The translations under genes were made by a program, and so were the position numbers. The notes below the pieces were generated by a model, which made no database searches, had not been told where the DNA came from, and saw only the letters and a program-made list of their open reading frames with translations. This document shows positions 1-12,539 of a stretch of 64,000 bases of DNA, one piece after another. The stretch covers positions 1,598,597 to 1,662,596 of the forward strand of contig BDGG01000011.1 of the NCBI GenBank assembly GCA_001949185.1, given 5' to 3'. The stretch is from Ramazzottius varieornatus (taxonomy: Eukaryota > Animalia > Tardigrada). Within the stretch, counting starts at the first letter, position 1. Every line of letters starts with the position of its first letter.

Positions 1-430
1 GTTATCGTACCTGCACCGCTCACAATGTAAAACGGTTACGGAACGGACTATTCCGGACCACTAATGCCGTATATCGGATACGGAGCGATCCCGTGCGGCG
101 CGACTACCCGTACGTACGTGTTTACCAGCGTCGAACGTCAGGTGATAGAATCCGGCAAATCTAAGGCATGGCCCTTCATCACGACTCCAACTCCGCCCCT
201 TGCCGCGCGAGATGGACGCGTCGTCGAAATCCGAGAAAACATGTTTTGACGGATTGGTTGCGCAATCTTACGCTTCATATCATTGAAAAACTGTCCCGAA
301 CTGCAAATGCACTAAGAAAGCTTCTCGCCGTTTTCTTTGTAGCTTTCTTAGCCAAGTTACGACTTTCATCATGTTCGACGAAGTTCGAGGGCTTCATCTC
401 ATGCATCTCAACATTCCGATAACATTCCAG

Positions 431-2019
431 AAGACGAAGATGCCACGATCAACGCCATTTCAACCGTCCATCGCAGCGTAAAACGTAAGCTCAATCTTTC
501 TAGATACTTGCTGCAAACTCTACCTTTACTGTATTTGCTTATGGGTGGAGAGTTTGTATGTTAAGTTGTCTCTTCTCTTAGACTTTGTATTAGTTCAGAA
601 CACTGTCGACCAAAAGATGCGAGCCATAAACTTTGGCCAAGTTGGAGGTGGGAATTGGGTAAAGATCAGAATGGACAAGGAAAGCCACCTGGATGAGAAC
701 GGGCTCCGGGTTGGCGACCACATCGTCGCGTATTTCGGCCCCACGGAAAAGAGCAAGCCTGGCTACTACTCCACTATAGTCTGCGGTGTCTACGATGATA
801 AGAAGACTTGCGATGAGGCACTGAAAGCTCTTCGTGCCTCCAAACGGAAATCAGCTGGCCCAGTATTAGAAACTGAGCGCACTAAACGTCTTCGCGGAGT
901 AGCCCAGTCTCAAACGGATGAAGATCTGGCCGACGGTAATAAGTGATCGTGCTCTTTACTTCCGGAACGCTTTTCGAACTCGATCCTTCATAGGTAGCCT
1001 CTCAGCACATTGCGAAAACGACGGTAAGCATGTAGACTGTCAACGTTGGCGTACTCATTAGTTTCAGATTGAATACGGCGAAGCGCTTAATCCAACTTTC
1101 GTCTCTTTGAAATGTCCATGTTAATTTGTTTGATAGGGCACCTTGTGTTCCAATTATCGACCGTTCGTTTGGTTCACCCTTGATCACTGGACGCTGAACA
1201 GCCGTAGCTTCAAAGTTACGAAAGTTGGACCCCACGCTGCTCGGCCCAGCAAACTAACATGGAAATTTGAAAGACACGAAAGTTGGATTTATCGCTTCAG
1301 CTCTTGACTGCAACTTCATTCTCCCAACTTTCGAATCTTCTGTTCTCCCGTAGTCAACTTGAGCCGGGACAACACTCCAGATTCGACAGTCAGCTTATCA
1401 TCAGCAACAGAGAATTCTGGCCGTAATGCCGCTCGAGGTAAACATTGCACAAGTTGGCCAAACGAATGCACCCTAATTATTGCTGCTCTAGGCTCAGCTG
1501 CGCATTCTCCACGTATAGATCGGAGCTCAAATACACCAGCGTCAAGTGAGTAAGCCTTTGTCACCCGCCTCCGCCATTTCGATACTGCAAAATTGCCTGA
1601 CCCATACAGGTAATATTGCATCTTTGCCGGGAAACGTGTCTCAAGCTGGAACACCTACCAAAGAGCAAGACAGTGAGTAGACTCGGAAGCTAGTCGTCTA
1701 GATAAAGAAGACAGTTCTGGCAGATCTGGTCCAACATTACGGTCCCAAAGCAGTGTGTCCGAACAACTGATGGCCAAAGTACGCGTGGAAGTTGGTGCTA
1801 CACATGCTTGCAGGAGAAGAAAGCGTGTTTGCGATGAAATCCCTGACTAAGAAGATTGGGGCGAAATATTTTCTGTTCGTGAGTCTAACCATAACCTTGA
1901 TATCCGTCCTTTTAGGTCACGTCACCGAGATCTTCGCACTTACCGACCCCATCATCAAGGCCTTTTTCAAGCAGAAGATGAACAACAATATGGCATCGGT
2001 CAAGAGTCGCTTCGTTTAG
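431..2019 (+). pseudogene. Spliced, probably decayed gene with a possible C-terminal BEN-like helical domain (possibly transposon cargo)
   Basis: Exon-like segments with GT-AG ends, including the ORF 545-946 and an intron gtgagt...tttag at about 1879-1915. The terminal reading IKKTVLADLVQHYGPKAVCPNN*WPKYAWKLVLHMLAGEESVFAMKSL.../GHVTEIFALTDPIIKAFFKQKMNN contains an in-frame TGA. The BEN resemblance is by eye only. Confidence 0.3.
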
Positions 2020-2575
2020 CCACAACTTTCTGTTCCCACAATAAATTCAGTTTCGACAGTCGTAGCTCTTCGTTCCTTCCATGATGTTGGTTCATCATTA
2101 GATCAAACACTTAATCCAGCACTGTTACGCACATGAGAGAACAAACGAAAACCGCTTATTGAGTCTGACTCCCCACTTGGCAGTATATCAGCTAAGGGTA
2201 TCAAGTGTGTGGTTGACAGATTCGGTTTCACTAGCTGGAATGTTTAATCATGATCGTATGTGTACTGCACTTCTCTTACAGCCATCCTTTTAATGACGAT
2301 CAACCGCGTTTCTTAGTTTTTGGGAAAGATTTGGCCCCTGGCCTTTGAGTTTACTGCTAAAGTACTGCCAGATCTCGGCTATTTATCGGTCAGACGTTGG
2401 CGAGTAGATTATTGAAATACTTCTGGTGTGCGAAAGCAATCTGTTCAACCACCCAGCAGGCGTCATTCGGTGGGCTGCCTGCATCTTGCACGTGTACGGT
2501 ATGAGGTAGCTGCAAATTTTAGCAGTAAACTACGGAACTCCGACCACACTCACTGTCAGTAATCTACTAATGTTC

Positions 2576-2608
2576 GACCAGTGTCTGACCAGTGTCTGAC
2601 CAGTGTCT
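2576..2608. repeat. Short tandem repeat (gaccagtgtct x3)
   Basis: Directly visible: cgacca gtgtctgacc agtgtctgacc agtgtctag. Confidence 0.8.
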
Positions 2609-3147
2609 AGCGAATCTTGCTGACATATTTCAACGGAGGTTTCGAAAGATGACCACAGTACGACAAGTTCCTGATGACTGTGTTTCTGCTTAACTATCTG
2701 GATGGACTTTCCATGGACTGAAACACAACCTTTACAGATCCACCACAGGTTCTCCCTGAATTCCGATTTTTATATGGGTTACTCGTACGACTCCGGCTTT
2801 TCACCACTAACGAGCATAGCAGGAAACTTGGATTTTACTAAACATCGAGAATGATCAGGAATGTCCATCAGATGTGCCAAAAAACAGGGAATCAAAATAT
2901 TGCGTCCGAGCAGTGGTGCAAATTTCTGAAATGGGCGCTCATGAAACGGCAATTTTTCATGCAGAAAGACCTAATAAGATATACTGTGGTAGTCGGGAAT
3001 AGTGCAACTCAACACTAGGTAAATATAATAGTTAATCAAGAAAACATAGTTCTTTTGGAACCAAAGGACTGTTAAGACGACAACAGAACGTCAGTTTAAA
3101 CGATGAACTTGTGGAGGAGATAATTTTCCAAGTAACTGATTCGTCTG

Positions 3148-4756
3148 TTACGACTGCGAAGAGTTGGAGTATATGCTAAGTCCGTCTTCTGGCCGAGAAG
3201 TTCCTTCTGCACTTCCGGTCTGCACCAGTTGGAGCAACAGGACAGCGTACGACACAAAAGCCGTACACATCTGGAGAAGCGAAAGGAGTTCAAACATTTG
3301 ACAATCTTATCTGATCAGCATTCTAGTTGGTTGACTATCAAAGAAATCGCACTCAAGGCCTTTTACCGTCAGAAGCACGTTTCGGGTGACGTAGAAGAAT
3401 TTCCAGGCGGTGAAGGCAGCTGGACGATACGAGAGGATGTTCTGCTGGATCATCTGTAGCCTAAGCCAACATTTGCTGTTTTCTGGTGACCCCTACGAAA
3501 ACGGTAATTTGCATACAGACGATTCAATGGTCACCATTCAAAGAAAAATGGTCATGTTGGTCCTACTGAATTTTGTTCGAGGTTTATCACGTGCTCGTGG
3601 ATGATCCCAACAACAGTCCGTCGTATCCGTGTAACCTGCGTACGCGAAGTTAGTAGGGAACAGGTAACAGCGTTAATCAAAGTGGAACGGCGATTCCAAA
3701 GACAAAAAGAATGTCCGAAAGGGACAAACGTACCACTTCATCGAAAAGTATGCAAGGGAGAAAATAACAGATGGGATTCCATATGGCATAAATAAACAGC
3801 CCTAACAGTGTATATGCTTGTTCCGGTGGGTTCCCCGCGCCGTAAAGTACGATGGAGCCAATGTACCCAACTGCACAGGCCATATCGTTGATCCACGCCG
3901 TGAAGATGATGAAGGAAAAAGCGTCGTCCGCTGCTTCAGCAACGCAACGTAGGTGTTCCCATTCACCACCAAAATCACTGACCAGGTACGATGGATCCTG
4001 GGCCAACTTCTCATTGATTCTTCGCCAGGCAAGGTACAGAGTCAAAATTGACAGCGCCACAAAGACCACAGCCAGGTCGGTGACGATAATCATGGGGGTG
4101 GCCAAACTGTACCAGGCTATTTCGACCATCCACAGTTTGGCTTTCTGTCCAAAGAGGGCGACCTCCACATCCTCGAACCACGTTTCGTGGAAGGATAAAT
4201 CGTAACTGGCAAAGTCCAGTATGTGCCAGCTTTTGGAGAAGACAACGTTCAGAGCGGTGATGGCTACGGTCAAAATCGATAATAATTTCTGTTGGCCATG
4301 AGAAAGTTTCCGGTATTCATCGGCAACAGCTGTCGTCAGCTGGATGATTCGGACACCATGCATCCGAAAACTGAGAAAGAGAACCGCACTTTTGATCACC
4401 ATGAAACCGTATCTGCAATTGTAGAGAAGGTACTTCAGATTCTTCACGCTAGAGTCGCGATTAACTGTTGTGGACGACAGGTTAGCCGCCACTTCCAGAA
4501 GATATAGAAAAGAATGAGCAAGGAAGAAGAAGTAGTAGAAATGGACAAGAAAAGGCTTGATGGATAGCAAAAGGCCCTTGGAGGAACGGCCAGATTGCGA
4601 TTCGAGCTTTCTGGAGGGTATCAGGCGGAACACTTTCAGCCAATGGAAAGAGCAGAGGTAGAAGGACTTTTGACTTTCGGAACCCAGTTGGTGGACAGTC
4701 TCCAGACAGTGGCCATTGGAAACTTCTTCCGTGGGGTCGATAGAAAATTCCGCCAT
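3148..4756 (-). CDS. Gustatory receptor (GR / 7TM ion channel superfamily), about 446 aa, 4 exons
   Basis: Exons 4756-3734, 3635-3567, 3492-3367 and 3270-3148, with all three introns GT-AG and phase 0. The spliced C-terminus ...SYRPAAFTAWKFFYVTRNVLLT|MCTAFVSYAVLLLQL matches the GR TM7 signature (FT.xxFF.l.r..ll / TYxxxLxQF). Multiple hydrophobic helices lie upstream. Confidence 0.9.
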
Positions 4757-5819
4757 TTCTGGCGGCTGGTGAACGTCGCAAAGCGATCTATTGAATCAGT
4801 TTGTCAAGCTTGTCGGCCTGCATCACGTTGGAGGCGGTGATGCGTATACTGCGATCAAAAGCTCATGATCAGATTATTTACAATTAATCTATACTGCGGG
4901 AAACGAACCACAGCAGTCTGAAAAAGCAGAGAGGGACGCAATGGGTGGCCTACCCTTCTCGACTTTCAGTTAGACGGTCTTTCAGCACTTCAGGAACTCG
5001 TACATGAACGATTTTCATTAAGAAATCACACTGAATTGACGATCCGGAAGCTGTGATAACGAGCAATAGGTAGTACACGCGCGAAGAAAAAGTTCGGAGC
5101 AGTACAAAATTCGTATCAGACGAGAAAGACGGGAAACTCGAAATTCAACCATAGAAAATTAATAATCAAAACTTAACTGAATGCTCTATGGATACGGATG
5201 AGAACGCCGCCAAATTCATTACATGCCGTTACCGGCAACCCGAGGCACTGTCTATCGATTTTCAACCTTGAAAAAATCAAGATGAGGCAAAGAAGAATTT
5301 TCTGACTGTTTCTGACTGTTGCGTACAAATTGGGTTGCTTTGGAGAAGTTACGTAGATGATCGGTTGCCATCCAGCGTGATCAAAAGACGTTGGAAAGGT
5401 AGGTTCACGAACTGCGATATTTCATACAGGGCCACTCTGAAAGCGTAATATAACTTTAATAAACTGTAAGAACAGCGAAACGTGTTTCTTCACCATTACA
5501 GTTTTACTCGCTGTGAGTTGCTGGGCAAGGGGACAGTTCTAGGAGCACTCGTACTCGTGGCGTCGTTTGGAAAGAACCAGTCGTTCGTCGTGGTGCTATA
5601 GAATGAACTGGACCGGGGCACCTTATACAGTACACGGCAGTGTTGTATTTAGTTTCAGTCCAAGACTGAAAAAATATCAGTTTTCATATTAGTTCAGTTT
5701 TCGTCCCAAGACTAGACTGAATTAGAGTATCAATTAGTCGAACTGAGACTGAGATGGTGGAGGCTAAATTGACAGCGCAGGGACTGAAACTGAACATCTT
5801 TGAGACTATAACCGATATA

Positions 5820-6059
5820 CAGTCTTACCTCCGAGATGCGACAGTTCGAACGCCCGATTTTGATTTTGGACGGTTCAAATTTCCACCAGCCTGCCCACCA
5901 CACTGTTCGCCCGAGACCGATCAGGTGATCGGATACACACTTGACTACTTGATCAAGTCAACCTTGAATAGATCGCCGATTAGCTGATCCTGTTGCCCGA
6001 CGTTGATGTTGATGTTCGGTCGCGGAAGAAGCAATTGTCATATCTCGGAGGTAGGACTG
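5820..6059. mobile_element. Tc1/mariner/pogo-type MITE nested in the hAT element
   Basis: TIRs cagtcttacctccgagat / atctcggaggtaggactg, flanked by TA on both sides (5818-5819, 6060-6061). Confidence 0.8.
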
Positions 6060-6345
6060 TATGAGAGACTGAAACTAAAACGGACAGACTGAAATTGACA
6101 ACCCAGGGACTGAAATAAAATGCAAGGACTGAAATCGAAATGCACGGGACAAAAAATGGTCTAGACGAAAACGAAGTTCTGTAAGGCTAGAAGACTGAAA
6201 CTGATATAAAATACGTTTTCAATCTATGAAACTATCGCTAGATTTTTGCTTCACGAACGGAATTATTTGTCCTCACTTTTCTTATGGAGACATGGGTTAA
6301 TAAGATGGAAGGATGAAGTAAGATGGAAGGATGACGATGGAAGGA

Positions 6346-6513
6346 TGAAGTTTCGGAAGGGAGATTCCAAACGGTTTTCGTTATACCCCGAGAAACACGA
6401 TTCTAAAATCAGAATCAGTTTTGGGCTCTCCGCGAGCTAAGCTCGCGGAGAGCCCAAAACTGATTTCTCGGGGTATAACGAAAACCGTTTGGAATCTCCC
6501 TTCCGAAACTTCA
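6346..6513. repeat. Near-perfect palindrome (fold-back) centred at 6439
   Basis: tgaagtttcggaagg...gagct-a-agctc...ccttccgaaacttca. The arms are exact except for a 19-nt extra segment in the left arm. It is preceded by gatggaaggatga tandem units (6304-6348). Confidence 0.9.
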
Positions 6514-6752
6514 GACGTGTTTCTTGAATAATTTGGTCAGACAGCCTTCCGACGCATTGTGGTATGCAGATACCCACAGTTACACCTTGTCTTCGCCCAT
6601 CTCAGTCATCCAGAAAATTTCACTGTCTTCACCATGAAAGACTGTGGGTGAACGGAAGTTTTCAGGGGACTGATACAAAGACGAAATCTCTGGGACTGAA
6701 ACTGATATGGTTAAAGATCCAGTCTCGAGACTGAAACTCAATTTTTAGAGAC

Positions 6753-7948
6753 CAGTGTTGTTTCAATATGACTTTTTCCCGTTCTAATTGGTAATACGAT
6801 TAATCGCAATCTTCTTGGCGACAGCAGTTTCAATTGTTGACCGTTGCTGTCTCTTGAATCGTCAATTACAATTAATTAGAATTCTGCTGGTCTCAGCAAT
6901 TAAAATTATTTGAATTGTGACGAGGTTTCTGTGCAACTATAATATCTACATAACGCGTAATGTTGTTCTTATGCACCGTACTGAATGCCCGTATGGAGTG
7001 TGGTAATGCCTTTTTTGTTTCTCAGCTTTCTGTATTGCTAGGACATCGAGGTATTCTTGGTACAGTTTTGGATGCTTCAACATGTGAACCCTGTTGTTTC
7101 TAGCGTTGGATCCAGCCAGCTTGACGGAGCATCGTTCAGCCGTACACACCGAATAATCGGCTTCGTCGTCGTCATACTTGAAGAAGTTCCTAACGCGCGA
7201 ATCTCTCTTCCATCCCGCAGTCAACTTCCTTGCCTTTGGAGTTTCAGCATTTGGAGTTCCAATAGACGCATCGCTTGGTTCACTGACAGCTGAAGGTGAA
7301 GGCGAGAGCACATGATCGTCAGAAGACTGGACCAAAATCCACAATGGTTTGCTTGGCCGAAATACCTTTTCGTGCTTTCTTGCCCTTCTTCTGGGTTTCG
7401 GATTTCCGCTTGCCTTCGATCCACATCTTGTCCCTGACAGAAAGCTGGAATTTCAGAGGCTAGAACGACAGAGCAAAATGAAACGACCTGCGAGACTGAC
7501 TTTCGGCTGCGTTTCCGGTAATAAATTCCTTTCTTTTCTCAAATCAACAATCAATACACGTAGCTCCAAACGAAGGGTCGGCGAAAATCAGGTCCAGACT
7601 GCCAACAGTGGCATAAATGTTACGTATCGAAGACCATTAACGGATGTTTCGCCCTGCTAACCGTGAGCGTTAGCTGGCGAACTTTTGCGGGCAAACTTAC
7701 GGTAATAGTGCGTAACTGAAATTGGCAGTACTATTTCCTTACGTTTGGCTGATTTCAATTCAACGCCTTTGCTATTTTGATTAAACAGTACATTACAATA
7801 CCGTACACGTTTTCAATTCCAATTAGATTTCAATTAATATTGAAATGCCTGGTTCTAAAGTTTGTATTTCCAATTGTCATATTGTAATTGCAAAACGGTC
7901 AAATTCAGGCATTTTCAATCATTAATTGTAATGATCGAAACAACACTG
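6753..7948 (-). mobile_element. Internally deleted hAT element with a BED zinc-finger remnant, nested in the outer hAT element
   Basis: TIRs cagtgttgtttc / gaaacaacactg. Perfect 8-bp TSD ttagagac (6745-6752 and 7949-7956). ORF 6946-7344 contains SRVRNFF...CTAERC...NNRVHMLKH, a BED-finger pattern. Confidence 0.88.
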
Positions 7949-8195
7949 TTAGAGACCAAACTAAATGTCCAGAGACTGAAAATTGTTTCGTCCAGACTGA
8001 ACCTGATATCTTGGGAGACTGAAATGTATCAGTCTGACTGAGACTGATATGTTATCTGATTGTAAGCAGTTCAGTCTGACGAGATTGATATACCGTGAGA
8101 CCAAACTGACTTCAGTCCGACGAAAACTGACACTAAATGAGGGACTGAAAATATATACAACACTGGTACACGCACGGAGAAAGATCATGGGTCAG

Positions 8196-9520
8196 CAGAG
8201 GTTTCCCTGTCCCATTGGCCATGGCACATGAGGAAGAGTGGGCGGGTAGCGTTTCGTCGCATCTGAATTCTGACTGATTCTGACGGTACGATGAGCGAGG
8301 CCTTATTTAGTTCACGGGACTACTCTCTACCCAGTCAAGTTCCGAAGGCGGCACTGCCAGTGCGAAGTTAACTGGCAACGTGACTCGCATTCGTGACGCA
8401 ACGCAGGCCTTGATTCAATGATTGCCGAGACGGGCTGCGCCGAAATACAGCACGGGTGCCTCGTTTTGAAGACGGTGTTTCATGTCGCCATATCTCCCTG
8501 GAACGTGACCAAATTTCGCTGTTCTGCTTTCAGAGCGTAGCCAAAGGCTTTCAGAGTCTCCAGAGCGTAGCCAATTTTTAAAGCCAAGGATGGGAGAAGA
8601 AAAATAGCGGTAACCGACAAATTCGCCTCAAACTACCACCTTTCAGTTGGGCGTTTTCACTTCTGGTGACGTCGTGCGTCACCCGAAGACGAAAAAACGG
8701 CTGTCAAATGAGTGGATGCCTACAGGAAATGGATACTTGGCAGGCGATTGGCTACAAAGGTGCAAAGGGCGGAGCTCGATGTCAATAGAACCTGGCGATT
8801 TGCAGCCACGCCCCCATCCGAAGCGCGTTTTGTTTTCAGATTTGATTTTGTTCGTTCGTGGAGAACGTTTTGGATTGTTTCTTTCTCTCTCCCCTAGAAC
8901 TCATTGTCTCCCTTAGCATAGGTCTTTTTGTCTGCTGAGTGGTGCTCCCGTTAGGATAAAACCACGAAGATTAGACGACTACTACGCAGAAGAGGCTGTG
9001 GTTGACCTATTGGACCAGCTTGGTTTAGACCCAAACCTAGACGATCTACCGCAATCGATAGACCTTTTCGGCGGAGCAAAAAGCAACACTGTTGACCGGT
9101 CCAGAGGACGATACTGAAGTCAAGGAAAACTACCTGCTTAGTCGCCTTCCTGCTTTCAATCTGGATGAATTCGACGGTTTCTACTCGGTTTTGCCCATAC
9201 TGACATAACGTGATGGCCCCCACGGCCCGTCAAGTCGCCATTTTCTATTGTCATCTACTCAAATTTCAGAGGTTTTCCTGTCGCATTGGCCATGGCACAT
9301 GAGCTACAGTGAGCAGGTTGCGTTTCGTCGCATCTGAATTCTGACTGATCGCTAAGTCATCCCAGCCGACTGTACGGTGTAAGGTTGATCAGTGGCACTG
9401 CCACATTACTACCCTGGCTTACCAATCACCTGAACGTGACCTAACGAACTGAACGCGTCTGTACCGTAACCTGTCCACTGTAGCTCATGTGCTATGCTGT
9501 GTGGGACAGGAAAACCTTTG
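8196..9520. mobile_element. DNA transposon derivative (hAT/P-like) with a duplicated left end
   Basis: Left end cagaggtttccctgtccca (8196) and a second left-end copy at 9267. Right end tgggacaggaaaacctttg (9520). Flanks tgggtcag / tgggctag match 6 of 8. Confidence 0.65.
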
Positions 9521-9908
9521 TGGGCTAGTAAAAATTACGGGCCAAGGCCGCACCGCTGCGGGGGTGCGGATGCACGTACGTACACGACCGATTCACAGTA
9601 ATACAGTTTTCGACTCATTCCACCAGTAACTAAGAGATCTTTTCGCGCAGCGTTGCTTGCAAGCATCGAATCGCTCTTCCTTATTGCCTTCTTATTAACC
9701 GCTGTCGAGAAGGACAATCGTCCGTTCCCCTGTGACCTACTGACAATTTCATGAGAGTCATCCACGCCTGTAGCATTTAAACTTGACATTCGCCCTATCG
9801 AGAAAATTGTGCAGCTGTAAAATGGTTTCTTGGCCTTGATATCAAGAAGGACATCGATTCAACTTAGAGAACGAGAATCTTCCGAATCTACGTCAGCACT
9901 GAATCAAT

Positions 9909-11128
9909 TCACACCTTCGTATCTACTTCGCCTGAGTGCATTACTGCAGTAACTCGAGATTGAACACTTGCGCCCTGGTTTTGTGACGACGTTCCCGCGG
10001 TTCCGGATGGGGCTACCTTTGCACCCTTTTTCTGCTGCGGGCAACGCGTTAGCGATAGGAAACTTTGGCGGTAAGGTGGGCTAATCCAAAAGTAGATCAG
10101 CTGCAACAGAAGAAGAAAAGCCATCAAAGTACAGGGCTGGGTTTCCGGATCCACTTCAGAGCAACGAGTTTTATGGCCTGCCTCCGACTTACTGGATTGA
10201 GTGCATACAATAGTCCCGGTGTCAAGGCCTCCAAGTTGTTGATTAAGGTTTGGTTGCGAATATCGTCAGCAGGTACCGAAGTGGTCAGCAAAACAGGAGT
10301 CGAACAGACGACATTCCAGAGCAGCGATACCAACATGGCCTTGACGATAACTAGTCGCTTGTTGATCATCCGTTTCCTCCTAGCTGCCTCGCTGGCATTG
10401 GCCGGTGGATTTCTCATCCGAACGTAGGCCGTGCAGTAGATGGCCAGCGAGGCCATACCAATGAAAGCATAGGGTATAGGGATACACAAGCCGACGCTAA
10501 AAGCCCCCAGATTGTTCGTGGTGCTGATGGTACAGAAGGAGCTGTTGCTGGACAGCATCACCACCACATAGTTCACACCGGTACCGCTACCGATGACCGC
10601 TGGTACAAAGACACTGATAACCCAGCTGGCGGCAATCAGTGCGCAGGTGATTTTGTAGCCGCGGAAATTGTTGTAGCGCAGAGGAAAGCAAATGGCTACT
10701 GTACGGTTGACCGACAATGACACATCGGCCCAACTGATGGCAGCCATGAAGAACATGGTGGGAGCGATGATTGTGCATGAGGAGGGCATTTCTCCTGGGG
10801 GCAGCCATTCTTGCAGAGTGTAGATGGGGTACAGAATTATGCAGTAAAGGAAACTGCACATAGCCAAGTTACCAATTAACAAGCGTGGGCCGCCCTTGGA
10901 CGTTCTGTCAGCGTAGACGGCCAGAACGAAGGCCAAGTTAGTGCAGATGGCCACGCTGCGCAAGAAAATGTAGGCCGACAGCCAGTCGGTGGTCAAGCTG
11001 CCACTTCGTATCTCTGCAGTCGAGCAGTTGCCACCACTGAAGCATTGGTTGCTGTTGTCAGAATGGTCAAATCGGGTCAGGTTTGGGGATAAACAACCGA
11101 CGGTGATGGTCTCATGGGTGACCGCCAT
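9909..11128 (-). CDS. Orphan rhodopsin-class (class A) GPCR, copy A, 2 coding exons
   Basis: Exons 11128-10193 and 10100-9909. Seven hydrophobic segments with GNLA (TM2), SVNRTVAICFP (DRY-equivalent) and CSTP (TM6). NP|LIY (NPxxY) is restored by a phase-0 intron. Confidence 0.88.
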
Positions 11129-12539
11129 GGTTATCGGTGAGAGTTGCCCAAGCTGGAGACCACTAGTTATCCCTTCCGCGCTTTTAGTGCCGACGTGCAC
11201 CGTGTTCTGTGCAAAAAAAGTGACAAGTGTGAGTTAATACTATGAATGCAAACAAGGGAAAACACACGCTCCACAGGGTACTAGCAAGGAAGTTGGGTCT
11301 AGAGCTGGCAGAGCCCCTCTTCTGGACGAGCAGGTAGACACTTGAAAGCTACAAGCAGGCCGATCCCACGAATTGACTTCGGAACTGGCTGCTTCAGTAC
11401 AGTGACACTCAGATTGCACGTCGATTTACTGCAGCGTCTTTGCAATGCCAGCCACAGCTTAGGAGGTGCGCAGGTGTGGTCCGCAGATGAAGTGTGTTTG
11501 TCGGATGACTGAAAGGCTTTTTGGTCAAGTCTGGAAAAGCTCTGTGCTCTGATGGGGAACCAGCGCTATAATGAAGACGAACGCAACAGAAAGGAGAAGG
11601 TCGCTACTGTAATCGAACTTCTCCAACTTTATTTCAACGTTTCGACCCAGCACGCAACCAACGCCAGAAACCCTCGGCTCATTCGGGTCTTGCGAGGCAA
11701 AGCTGTTTTAGGGGGTCATAAGGAAGATGACAGAAGCAAGATATACAAGGCTATGCCTGATACCGACACTCCCAGTATGAGGCTCTGTCCACCTCTTTAA
11801 GCCAGTTGCCCGATGAGGCAAGTGTCGTGATTATGAAGCGATTGGCAAAGTTTGGCGGTTGCGGGAAATGGACGGAGTTGATTAGACTAAGTCTCGAATA
11901 GACGAAGGGAAACAAGAGACGACAGAGCACACGGAATGATGCAAGCTAACTGAGCCTGGTATGAACAGCCCCCACACAGACCGAACTACAGAAGGCCACA
12001 TGCAGTGCCAGCACAACATTATAAAACCTTGATCGTCAGAAAGTTTTGTAAAACGGCTCAACATGTTTACAAAGGACTGCTCTATCCATGTTTGTTTGTC
12101 AGAAGATCCTCAAGGTGACACTTCGGTTTCCCCATGTAGTCTCCAGGTCTATGCCTCGTACTAGCTCTCAAAATTGAATAATGACCATGGCGATACCGCA
12201 CTAGCATTCAGAAATGATTTCCCTTTCTGGAGAAGTTTAAAAACTTTTCATGAATAGGAAAGTCAATTTTAAAATTTAACACTCATAATACCGGGGGTAC
12301 AACTCGGTTTTGCAGCGCACGGTTACCTGACCGCAAATCACTTCCTGTGCAGCTTTGGCGGTTCAGTATTTTTTGTTTGCCTGTAGTGGCAAGTTCTCTA
12401 TGACATGTAGCTGGTGACCGCTGGCTAAACACTACGTACGGAATTAGAAATATTTTACTAGGTTCCAGGGCAAACTGCTCCCAACACACGTGTTGCTGTA
12501 GGTGTTAAGCCAGCTGTAATTTAAACATAAGCTGCGGTG

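Larger units (their letters stand above)
5638..8165. mobile_element. Non-autonomous hAT-type DNA transposon (outer element) hosting three nested structures
   Basis: TIRs cagtgttgtat...atacaacactg. 8-bp TSD gtacacgg (5630-5637) / gtacacgc (8166-8173). Many subterminal gactgaaa motifs. Confidence 0.85.

Noticed and set aside
1768-1770. Selenocysteine or read-through at the in-frame TGA
   Set aside because: No SECIS-like element or redox motif was identified. Pseudogenisation is the simpler explanation.
11620-11700. Hammerhead ribozyme / Penelope-like end (minus strand gaccc...gggtcgaaacgttgaaataaa)
   Set aside because: The CUGANGA core is missing, and other ctgatga hits in the window lack the required stems.
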